A stretch of 64,000 bases of DNA from Bacilli bacterium (GTDB lineage Bacteria > Bacillota_I > Bacilli_A > RFN20 > CAG-826): positions 44,940 to 108,939 of the forward strand of contig JAFVUY010000130.1 of the NCBI GenBank assembly GCA_017502465.1, written 5' to 3'. Shown here piece by piece: positions 19,003 to 27,327 of this stretch. The stretch's first letter is position 1. Each line of letters starts with the position of its first letter. Both the position numbers and the translations under genes were made by a program. The notes below the pieces were generated by a model. It did no database searches and was not told where the DNA came from. It saw only the letters and a program-made list of their open reading frames with translations.

Positions 19003-19965
19003 TTATCCTTTCACAGATCCTAAAGTCAAACCTTTTTGGAAATATTTTTGAACGAATGGGAATATACACATAAGTGGGATGATTGTGATAATAATAGTCG
19101 CAGATTGGACAACATATTTAGACATAACTCCGTCTTCTGTGTTGGTCTTAAAGTCCATAAGCATGTTCATAATGACGTATTGAACGGTCCAAAGATCTTT
19201 GTTGTCTGGAGAGATGTAATATAAGACATCTAAATAAGAGTTCCATTTAAGAACAAACGCCATCATGCCTGTTGTTGCAATAATTGGAAGAGAGACAGGC
19301 AAAATAACCTTAAAGAAAACTCTAATTTGACCCGCACCATCAATAATCGCGGCTTCTTTTAAAGATTTTGGAATGGAATAAATATAGTTTCTGATTAATA
19401 AAATGTTATAAACATTGATGACTCCAGGAATAACTAATGCCCAGAATTGATTGTATAAACCTATGGTTCTAATAACTAAAACGATAGGCACCATACCTGT
19501 TGAGAAAAGCATTGTAAAGACAAATAATCCGTTAAAGAATTTATGTCCAGGCATATCTTTTTCACTTAATGCATAGGCTGCAAGAGTGTTAACGAACATA
19601 GAAGCAACAGTGACTAAAATAGTCACCAATGTGGATAAACCTAATCCTTTTAAAATTTGAGGATCTTTAAAGATATAGACATATCCTTCTAGTGAGAATG
19701 ATTGAATAAAGACTGAGTAGCCTGTTTTAATAAAGCTCACTGAATCACTAAGAGATGCGCATAAAACAATCCAAAGTGGAAGAATAAAGAATAATGATAA
19801 TAAAGAAATAATTAATATTCTTGTAATTAACGCAAATACTCTTTCAATTTTTGTTTTTAAAACAATAGGCATCTTGAAAGGATTGATCATAACAAGAATG
19901 TAACTAATCGCGAACAAGACAAGTATGGCCGCGAACACTATTAGAAAAATACCAAAACCAGTCAT
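19003..19965 (-). CDS. Carbohydrate ABC transporter permease (LplC/YtcP-like)
   Basis: Six-TM BPD_transp_1-type permease with the EAA-like loop SLKEAAIIDGAGQIRVFFKVILP. ATG 19965 has a GAGGGG RBS and lies 1 nt after the upstream stop. The track start at 20001 is a TTG inside the upstream gene. Confidence 0.85.
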   Translation of the reverse strand: MTGFGIFLIVFAAILVLFAISYILVMINPFKMPIVLKTKIERVFALITRILIISLLSLFFILPLWIVLCASLSDSVSFIKTGYSVFIQSFSLEGYVYIFKDPQILKGLGLSTLVTILVTVASMFVNTLAAYALSEKDMPGHKFFNGLFVFTMLFSTGMVPIVLVIRTIGLYNQFWALVIPGVINVYNILLIRNYIYSIPKSLKEAAIIDGAGQIRVFFKVILPVSLPIIATTGMMAFVLKWNSYLDVLYYISPDNKDLWTVQYVIMNMLMDFKTNTEDGVMSKYVVQSATIIITIIPLMCIFPFVQKYFQKGLTLGSVKG

Positions 19966-19966
19966 A

Positions 19967-21820
19967 TTACATAATCCCCTCGTTATCAGTTTTCTTAACA
20001 ATCGCGTTTGTTAACATGACTAATGCACAGCCAATAACACCTTGGATTAAACCAATTGCGGTCGCACTACCAAAGTTGCCATCTCTTAACGATGTAAACG
20101 AAATTCTTCCTACAACGTCCACTGTTTCTTGAATTGCGCCGATAGTTTGACCATTAATCATCGCAAAGATTTGATCGTAATTATCTCTCATAATATTTGC
20201 TGTATCCAAAATGAGTTGTAAACAAACAACACCCATAATGCCAGGTAAAGTAACTGTGAAAGCTTGTCTAATCGGACCACATCCATCGATTCTTGCTGCC
20301 TCGTATTGTTCTGGATCGATTGAACACATCGCCGCGATATAAACAATCGCGGACCAACCCATACCCTTCCATAAGGAAGATAAGGACAATAATGCCCACC
20401 ATGGGTCAGGTGTGTGATACCAGTCGATAGTTAATCCTAATAGTCGGTTAACTAGACCAGATTCGGAATTCAATAAGGAATAGAATAGCCCTCCTACTGC
20501 AACCCAAGATAAGAAATATGGTATCAATGACAAACTTTGGAATATTGTCTTAGGTCTTTTACTCTTCATTGAGTTAATAACCATTGCTAGGAATAGAATA
20601 AATGGAATATTAGACGCAATTCTAATTACAGAAATAAAGATTGTGTTTCTAAATATTCGATACATTTCAGGAGTGTTTTGGGCCATAAAAATCGATTTAA
20701 AATATTTAAGACCTACCCACTCACTGTTAAGACCTTCTAATAGGTCATATTCCATAAATCCTGCACCTAACCACGCCATAGGCATGTATCTAAAAATAAT
20801 TAATAAGATAAGAGCAGGAACTAATAAGACAAATAAATATCTAAATTTAAAAAGTTTTCTTAAGTTTTTAAGACAGAATATTTTCTTAAAATATCCTTTG
20901 AAAATACCAAAATATAAAATGGTAATTAAAAGAATAGAGCCAGTGATAATTAAAGAGATCACTACTGGAGAAATGTTTTGTTCATAGGCAAAATAACCAA
21001 TGAAAATATTTGTATCAACTGTCTCTGTTGTACTTGCATCTCCAACAAAAACTGTCTTTTTCGCTGTGCAAGGAATTGGGGTAATAGTAATCTTATTTCC
21101 TTCCACTTTGATGTTTTGATTTTCAATAACTTCGTCGTTATAGACAAGTTTAGAAATAAATCTAATCTTGCCGTCAACTTTGAAAGAGATTTCATCAATT
21201 AAACTAAAGTCAATTAATTTAAAGGAGATAAAATGTGCACCTTTTTTACTGACCATTTGTTTCGCGGAGTCTAAAGAGGCAATTTGAACTTCGTCTTCTT
21301 TTTCATCAACGATATTTAATCTATAAGGTCTATTTAATTTAACATCCTTGTAATTGGCTTTTGTCTTATCTAATAATAAACGAGTGAAATTTTCTCTGAT
21401 TTTGCCATCATAGTTATATTCGAAGGTATCAACATTATTCGTGCTGTGTTCAAAATAATTTTGACTTAAACCATAGGTGATATTGCCTAATCCACCTAGT
21501 TTATCAACACGTCTTGTGTGAACTACAACTTTATATGCATCGCTGGTTTCTTTATAACTACCAGATTGATAAAAATCATCTACTGTATTGTTTTTACACT
21601 GATCATTTAATAAATCTAAATAATCATCAAAAAATGTTTTAAATTCGCCTAAATCTTTAATATTGTCTTCTACTTTTGTTTTTTCTACTGTTAATTCAAT
21701 ATTTAATTTGCCGTCTCTCATATCATCAGTTTTAAATATGAAAATTCCTGCGATAAAAATCGCGATTAAAGCAACAATATAAGTAAATATACAAAGTTTA
21801 GATTTAAGCTTAGGTTTCAT
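19967..21820 (-). CDS. Carbohydrate ABC transporter permease (LplB-like) with ~290-aa N-terminal TM-ectodomain-TM extension
   Basis: 617 aa. The C-terminal ~310 aa form a typical permease core with the loop EQYEAARIDGCGPIRQAFTVTLP. The N-terminus has one TM (aa ~10-30), a ~250-aa hydrophilic domain, then a second TM. Confidence 0.8.
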   Translation of the reverse strand: MKPKLKSKLCIFTYIVALIAIFIAGIFIFKTDDMRDGKLNIELTVEKTKVEDNIKDLGEFKTFFDDYLDLLNDQCKNNTVDDFYQSGSYKETSDAYKVVVHTRRVDKLGGLGNITYGLSQNYFEHSTNNVDTFEYNYDGKIRENFTRLLLDKTKANYKDVKLNRPYRLNIVDEKEDEVQIASLDSAKQMVSKKGAHFISFKLIDFSLIDEISFKVDGKIRFISKLVYNDEVIENQNIKVEGNKITITPIPCTAKKTVFVGDASTTETVDTNIFIGYFAYEQNISPVVISLIITGSILLITILYFGIFKGYFKKIFCLKNLRKLFKFRYLFVLLVPALILLIIFRYMPMAWLGAGFMEYDLLEGLNSEWVGLKYFKSIFMAQNTPEMYRIFRNTIFISVIRIASNIPFILFLAMVINSMKSKRPKTIFQSLSLIPYFLSWVAVGGLFYSLLNSESGLVNRLLGLTIDWYHTPDPWWALLSLSSLWKGMGWSAIVYIAAMCSIDPEQYEAARIDGCGPIRQAFTVTLPGIMGVVCLQLILDTANIMRDNYDQIFAMINGQTIGAIQETVDVVGRISFTSLRDGNFGSATAIGLIQGVIGCALVMLTNAIVKKTDNEGIM

Positions 21821-22503
21821 TAAATTAATTCCCCTTCTTCTAGGATTCTTAAAGCAATAGCTTCCATCCCTTTGTCATTTGGGTGAATTTCAACACCAGG
21901 ATGTTCAAATTCTCCTAATGCTTTATTACTTGGATCTGCTCCGATATCACCTAATTTGACAAGTTTATAATTGTTTTGTTCACAAACTTTGTGAATTGGG
22001 TCATCGATTGTGTCCCAACTCCAAAAGTCATCTGTAACAATTATTTTTGATTTTTCGTTAGTGAAGAATTTGATCATATAATCCCAATATTTTTCAAGTG
22101 GTAATTCTTCTAATCTATTTCTTACACCCCAAACATTTTCCGCGATACGGACAATAACTATGTCAGCGTCGAAATCAACCGCGGCTTGATATTCTTTTAA
22201 TATGTCTAGATTCCAATATTCTCTTTCCCATTTAGATAAGGAACAGATACAGTAATCTACTGGTCCATATTTTTCTTCAAGATGACGTAGCATGACATGG
22301 ACATAGTCATTTTCTAAACAAGACGCCGCCATACCCCAGTCATGAACCCAACCGATTTCTGGTTTAGGCATATGACGAGTAATGGAATTACCTAAAAAGG
22401 TAATTTTAAGTTTTCCACCTTGTTTAACTATCATTACTTGTTTGTCATCGCTAACTTGTTTAGTCGCGGCGACTGTATTTAATTGGTTATCGTTTGTTTT
22501 CAT
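21820..22503 (-). CDS. SGNH/GDSL-family hydrolase (esterase)
   Basis: 227 aa with block I ITFLGNSIT and block V EIHPNDKGM. It is collinear with the ORF at 34447-35115. Its stop overlaps the permease start (TAATG). Confidence 0.7.
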   Translation of the reverse strand: MKTNDNQLNTVAATKQVSDDKQVMIVKQGGKLKITFLGNSITRHMPKPEIGWVHDWGMAASCLENDYVHVMLRHLEEKYGPVDYCICSLSKWEREYWNLDILKEYQAAVDFDADIVIVRIAENVWGVRNRLEELPLEKYWDYMIKFFTNEKSKIIVTDDFWSWDTIDDPIHKVCEQNNYKLVKLGDIGADPSNKALGEFEHPGVEIHPNDKGMEAIALRILEEGELI

Positions 22504-23945
22504 CTGACAATTACACTTTCAATTCCTAAGGAATCTGCAATTTTCCTAATAGTTTCGGCTTTATGACCAAGACCTAATGCGTAGTGGTGGGTTGGGCCTT
22601 CCATGCACCATCTTTTAATAAAGTCTTTCGTATCAGGTGGGAAATAACCTCTTGTGTTAGTGTTTCCGGTTGGAGGAATTGGACCAACTTTGGAATATCC
22701 TTCTCCAATAACGAATTTGAATCTTCCATCATGTGTTTGAGTAATACCTAACATGGTGATAGGTCCTTCTTTTAATTTAAATTCAACAGAAGCTCCTGAA
22801 CCTGGTTTTCCATGATATTTGATTAAAGAACGTAAAATTGGTTTTCCGTTTGCAATCTTAATGTGATGTGGGCCATCGTGACCAATAAGAATTGTGTTGT
22901 CATTAAAATCAAATGGGTGTAATTCCGCAAAAGAACCACCGATATCTAATTGATCCATGATATACATTGCTAAATTTGTTTTGATATCGAATTCTCCACA
23001 CATAGGTGTACCTTGGGCGTTTAAAATGGAGTTACCAACAATTAATGATGTAGCAACTTTTCTTTGAACGCTGCCTTCTTTTCCTTCATAGTAATAGGCC
23101 ATTCCGTTTAGATTGAATTTCTTAACTAACCTATCAAGGGCCGCTGCACCTTTCGCAGAATTGAGTAAATCAGTTTCAGTTAATTTGCATGTAACTGGGT
23201 CGCTAACTGGGTTTGGCATTTCAAATTCTTCGTTAATTAACGCGACTTTTGCAGCAATTTCTTCTTCTGTTGCTTCGTTATAACATTCCACTAAGTCTTC
23301 AATTTCAATTAATGGAACGTGAACTCCAAACGCTGCTGATAATGCGGTTGGGTCGCAGTGCATATCATACATCGCTTCTAAAACATGTCCCATTAATCCA
23401 AGTCTTGCACCTTTTAAAGCGTGAAGGACAATAGCGACATCGCACCAGTCAGAGATTTGTTTATCTGCTTCTTCATCGTCATAAAGTGTCCCGATAATGA
23501 TATCCGCAATCTTTTTACCAAATCTAATTGCAACACCTGTAAATTCTGGAACGGAACAAATATTATCATTTTCAAGTTGCATGAATGTGTTTGCTTTTGT
23601 GTAGTCCATAGCGGATCTTGGTTGAAGGGCTAAAAGAACCATAGGAGCATTAACGCTTTTCATAATTGGGGCGAATACGCTACTAGTCGCGTATGTAATC
23701 ATGTTGCAGAAGCAAACATCTGGACTAATTTTTTGAATCTCGTTAGCAACTTCAAAAGCTTTTTCAGAAGAATCAACAAAACCAAAATCAATAACCTCAA
23801 CATTGTTAGCTTGGATTTTTTCTAATAATTCTCTATGGTATCTACGTAAGTTTTCTTCTAAACCTGGAAATTGTTCAAAATAAATACCGTGGATAACAGC
23901 AAAATACGCAATTTTAGCAGTTCTTGTGTTAGTTCTATTTATCAT
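22500..23945 (-). CDS. L-fucose/L-arabinose isomerase-family sugar isomerase (substrate unknown)
   Basis: ~481 aa with an AraA/FucI-superfamily layout. The N-terminal Rossmann-like part is KIAYFAVIHGIYF..VCFCNMITYATSS and the C-terminal barrel ends HHYALGLGH. ATG 23945 follows an AGGAGA RBS; the track start at 23960 is also possible. Confidence 0.6.
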   Translation of the reverse strand: MINRTNTRTAKIAYFAVIHGIYFEQFPGLEENLRRYHRELLEKIQANNVEVIDFGFVDSSEKAFEVANEIQKISPDVCFCNMITYATSSVFAPIMKSVNAPMVLLALQPRSAMDYTKANTFMQLENDNICSVPEFTGVAIRFGKKIADIIIGTLYDDEEADKQISDWCDVAIVLHALKGARLGLMGHVLEAMYDMHCDPTALSAAFGVHVPLIEIEDLVECYNEATEEEIAAKVALINEEFEMPNPVSDPVTCKLTETDLLNSAKGAAALDRLVKKFNLNGMAYYYEGKEGSVQRKVATSLIVGNSILNAQGTPMCGEFDIKTNLAMYIMDQLDIGGSFAELHPFDFNDNTILIGHDGPHHIKIANGKPILRSLIKYHGKPGSGASVEFKLKEGPITMLGITQTHDGRFKFVIGEGYSKVGPIPPTGNTNTRGYFPPDTKDFIKRWCMEGPTHHYALGLGHKAETIRKIADSLGIESVIVR

Positions 23946-25074
23946 TTTCTTTCTCCTCATCTAAAACTTTTTTAATCGCTTCAAGGTAAGCATATCCAAC
24001 ACCAAATTCAGGTTCTAAATAGTTACCTTCGGTCCATTCGTTCCAAATAGTAGTTACGTATGTTCCTCTATATTTATCTGATAATGCAATTTTTCTCATT
24101 TCTTTAAATGCTATTTCATAAGCGATTGGTGAATGGTTAACAACAACCGCGTACCATGGATAAAGATTCATGTTTTCATACATTTCAGATTGAATTGTTC
24201 TTGGAGATTGATCTAGGCCACTCATGACGTGAGCGATACTTGGACAATCATAAATGTCTTGGTCTTCCCATGTTGCTTTAATACCAGCTTCAAGGAAGTC
24301 GTAATAATCAACAGTTAAACGTGTATCTTTGTATTTAACTGGCCACCAATAACGAACGTTTTCGTCGATACTTAATGTTTTTAAAATTCTATTAATTTCG
24401 TTTTTATCTTCAGTAACATCTTCAATAATCGCCGCAACGGTAGCTAAATGTAATTCGCCTAATCCCGCGTCTCTAACTCTTCGTCTTAAACCTTCAAAGA
24501 TTCTCGCACATTCAGTTTCCCCACCTAATTCTCTAGTTAATTTTTCGACGTTATAAATTGCAAAATAGATTTTGCCATTAATACGAATATAGTTTGGTTG
24601 GTTGAAATAGTTATTAATAAAGTAATTTGTAATTTCGATAAATTGTTCTTCGTTTACAACACTGCTGCAAACTGATGGGGCAACACCGATTCTTGGTGAT
24701 GGATGTGAATAAATCGCATCGTGGTTGCACCACAAAATACCGAATTCTATATCTTGGCAGTTTTTAGCTTTTAAGAAACCTTCATTTAAGCACTTAAGAC
24801 GATAAGAACCACTTGCGTAGTAATATGTATCAAAAATAAAACCGTCAATGCCATATTTCTTTGCGGTTGCGATTTTCTTTTCCATTACTTTTGGATCGGA
24901 TTCATCTTCATAACCCCAAAGAGGTACTCTTGGTTGATGATGTCCTTCAAATCTTGCCCTTGCGCATTTTGTGACTTCCCATTCGGTCCAGCCTTTTCCG
25001 TGCCACTCCTCGTTTCTTTGGTCTACGTGCCAATTAGGAAAATAATAAGAATAAACTTTTATGTTTTTTTTCAT
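23935..25074 (-). CDS. GH99-like / WbsX-family (PF14307-type) protein
   Basis: 379 aa. The N-terminus YYFPNWHVDQRNEEWHGKGWTEWEVT..GIDGFIFDTYYY matches the WbsX / GH99-like signature as I recall it. It is the first gene of the long minus-strand run. Confidence 0.65.
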   Translation of the reverse strand: MKKNIKVYSYYFPNWHVDQRNEEWHGKGWTEWEVTKCARARFEGHHQPRVPLWGYEDESDPKVMEKKIATAKKYGIDGFIFDTYYYASGSYRLKCLNEGFLKAKNCQDIEFGILWCNHDAIYSHPSPRIGVAPSVCSSVVNEEQFIEITNYFINNYFNQPNYIRINGKIYFAIYNVEKLTRELGGETECARIFEGLRRRVRDAGLGELHLATVAAIIEDVTEDKNEINRILKTLSIDENVRYWWPVKYKDTRLTVDYYDFLEAGIKATWEDQDIYDCPSIAHVMSGLDQSPRTIQSEMYENMNLYPWYAVVVNHSPIAYEIAFKEMRKIALSDKYRGTYVTTIWNEWTEGNYLEPEFGVGYAYLEAIKKVLDEEKENDK

Positions 25075-25211
25075 AAATCAAAAACTCCTTCTTATGTAAA
25101 AAACAAATGTCGCTTAGTTAATTTAATTTTACGTATTAAGAAAAACTTAATAAATGAATAAAACAAAGAAGAAATGTGGACAAAATAAAGATTTAACAAT
25201 ATGATTAAAGC

Positions 25212-26084
25212 ATGAAGCAAAAAATATCCTTTAAAGAAATAAGACCATTTGTCAGGTTTTCTGCCACTCAATTATTAGACATTAACGCACCTTTTATTAA
25301 AAACAATTATGTTATGGGTTATGACCATAGAATTTATTTCTGTGTTGAGGGTGAAGGCGTTATGTCAGTTAAAAACCAACAATATAAATTAACACCTAAT
25401 TCTTTACTCATTTGGAAGTCTGGAATTAAGTATAAATGTTTAGAATCTACAAGTAATTTTACTTGTATTACTGCAAATTTTGATTTTTTGAGCTCTAAAG
25501 AAGGCTATGTTTACCCAATCGCTCCACAAGAAGCAAAAAGTTTTACTTATGACCTTATCTTTGAAAAAGACATCGAGTTTATTGATAATGACTTATTTAA
25601 CGATGTTATTTATATCAGCCATATCCCAGACGCTGACTCTATTATGAAGGAAATAGTTAAAACTTATCGTGAAGGTTTTACCTTTAACAAACTATTTTTA
25701 AGTGGATTAGTTATCTATCTTTTCAAAACAATTATGGATAATAATTCTAAGAGTATTAACTATTCTGGTGACAAAATAAACATTAACTCGATTGTTAAAT
25801 ACGTTCATGATAATTACGATAAAGACATATCTAATGTATCAATCGCGAAGTTATTTAATTATCACCCAAACTATTTATCTAAACTGTTTTTAGAGCATAC
25901 CGGATATTCTCTTTATAATTACATTATTAAATATAGATTATCGCGCGCGGTTAAATTGCTGATGTCATCCAATTTACCTGTTTCCAAAATATGTGAAATG
26001 GTTAACATCCAAGATCAGCATTACTTCTCTCGCTTATTTAAAAAATATTACAAAGTATCACCTAGTGAGTTTAGGAAAAAATAA
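25212..26084 (+). CDS. AraC-family transcriptional regulator
   Basis: 290 aa. It has an N-terminal cupin-like sensor and a C-terminal double HTH (ISNVSIAKLFNYHPNYLSKLF ... ICEMVNIQDQHYFSRLFKKYYKVSPSEFR). It is divergent from the glycan operon. Confidence 0.85.
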   Translation: MKQKISFKEIRPFVRFSATQLLDINAPFIKNNYVMGYDHRIYFCVEGEGVMSVKNQQYKLTPNSLLIWKSGIKYKCLESTSNFTCITANFDFLSSKEGYVYPIAPQEAKSFTYDLIFEKDIEFIDNDLFNDVIYISHIPDADSIMKEIVKTYREGFTFNKLFLSGLVIYLFKTIMDNNSKSINYSGDKININSIVKYVHDNYDKDISNVSIAKLFNYHPNYLSKLFLEHTGYSLYNYIIKYRLSRAVKLLMSSNLPVSKICEMVNIQDQHYFSRLFKKYYKVSPSEFRKK

Positions 26085-26249
26085 TTCATTGTATTAACTA
26101 TTTTATATTTATCGTAAACAGATCTTCTATCACTTTTAGTTCAAACAATAACATTATATTGGTCCTGCGGCAGAAGAAAATGGATCTAAATGGGGTGCTT
26201 AGGCTAAACCAAATCCAATGATTGGTGAGGAATTTAAAAACAAGCCAAT

Positions 26250-26285
26250 AAAAACAAAAAAGAAGTGATTTTGATATATCACTTC
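26250..26285 (-). terminator. Rho-independent terminator downstream of the HTH-Vat gene
   Basis: In minus sense, an 8-bp stem (gaagtgat/atcacttc, 26262-26285) is followed by TTTTTTGTTTTT (complement of 26250-26261). Confidence 0.5.
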
Positions 26286-26370
26286 ATCTCTTTCATAATG
26301 TCTTTCGTATATCTAATGCACCAATTTTAAGAGCGAGAATTAACTCTGTATACCACATGATACCTTAAAT

Positions 26371-27267
26371 TTACGCATCCCTACTGATGATGTGTTTGAT
26401 TTCTTCTTTGACATAATTAATATCGTTATTAGAAAGAAGAGGAATAAGCTTTTGAATTTTATTGATTGATAGATTCCACCACTCTAGTTTTTCTAATAAT
26501 TCAATCATTTCATCATCAAATCTTTTTCTTATCACTTTCGCGGGGTTACCAACCACAACTGAATAAGGAGGAATATCGGAAGCCACTACTGCGTTAGCCC
26601 CAATAATACATCCATCACCCACATGTACCCCTGGTAGGAATGTGACATTTTGTCCAATCCAAACGTCATTGCCAATTACCGTATCTCCTTTATATGGAAG
26701 TTCTTCTTTTTTAGGAGGCTCTTGTTCCCATCCTTTAAAGATATAGAAAGGATAAGTAGAAACACTATTCATTTGGTGATTTGCACCATTCATAATGAAT
26801 TCTACATTTCTTCCAATTTGACAGAATTTACCAATAATTAATTTATCACCAATAAAGTCATAATGATGTGTTACTCGACTAGTGAAATTTTGCCCATCAT
26901 AATATGTATATTCTCCAACTTGAATATTTTTAATACCAATTAATGTTGGCTTAATATAAGTGACGCTTTCATCTCTGCTTTTAAGTGGATGAATCCTTTT
27001 CCAATCTGGCTTATCCGCTTTATGAGCGTCATCCATTAGTTTATTTGTTTCTGCATCAGATAAATCTAAAAATTCTGCAGCGTTAACATTAAATTCTAAT
27101 ATTAATCTAATAACTACATCAAAAGATATATCGGTTTGGCCTGTTTCAATTTTATTAATCATTGATTTATGGGTATAACCTAATGCCTCCGCAAATTCTT
27201 GCTGAGTCATATTATTTTCTAAACGAATCTTTTTAATTCTATCACCTAATACTTTGTATGCTGGCAT
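26371..27267 (-). CDS. Fusion: N-terminal XRE HTH domain + Vat-family (xenobiotic/streptogramin-A-type) hexapeptide acetyltransferase
   Basis: Aa 1-65 are HTH_3-like (IRLENNMTQQEFAEALGYTHKSMINKIETGQ). Aa ~90-298 have the Vat/XAT layout: FIGDKLIIGKFCQIG, MNGANHQMNSVSTYPF, VIGNDVWIGQNVTFLPGVHVGDGCIIGANAVV and VVGNPAKVIRKRFDDE. An AAGGAGA RBS is present. Confidence 0.75.
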   Translation of the reverse strand: MPAYKVLGDRIKKIRLENNMTQQEFAEALGYTHKSMINKIETGQTDISFDVVIRLILEFNVNAAEFLDLSDAETNKLMDDAHKADKPDWKRIHPLKSRDESVTYIKPTLIGIKNIQVGEYTYYDGQNFTSRVTHHYDFIGDKLIIGKFCQIGRNVEFIMNGANHQMNSVSTYPFYIFKGWEQEPPKKEELPYKGDTVIGNDVWIGQNVTFLPGVHVGDGCIIGANAVVASDIPPYSVVVGNPAKVIRKRFDDEMIELLEKLEWWNLSINKIQKLIPLLSNNDINYVKEEIKHIISRDA

Positions 27268-27287
27268 ATTTGTCTCCTTTTTATACC

Positions 27288-27303
27288 GCGTCGAATTCGA
27301 CGC
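27288..27303. promoter_or_regulatory. Perfect 16-bp palindrome upstream of the HTH-Vat gene
   Basis: gcgtcgaattcgacgc lies 21-36 nt upstream of the start codon at 27267 and 25 nt downstream of the rhuM-like stop. It could be an operator or a T-run-less hairpin. Confidence 0.3.
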
Positions 27304-27327
27304 CTTTAAGCGCTTTTTTCAAATAAT

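Noticed and set aside
17093-19069. Long N-terminal extensions in the ORF track (also 19003-20001, 41083-42087, 44477-45973, 53069-54184, 59313-60236, 34447-35124, 54278-56002 and 4672-6138)
   Set aside because: The extended starts use non-ATG codons or lie inside the upstream gene. In each case an internal ATG with a recognisable Shine-Dalgarno, a sensible N-terminus (lipobox or conserved family start) and no gene overlap is available, so I used the shorter coordinates.
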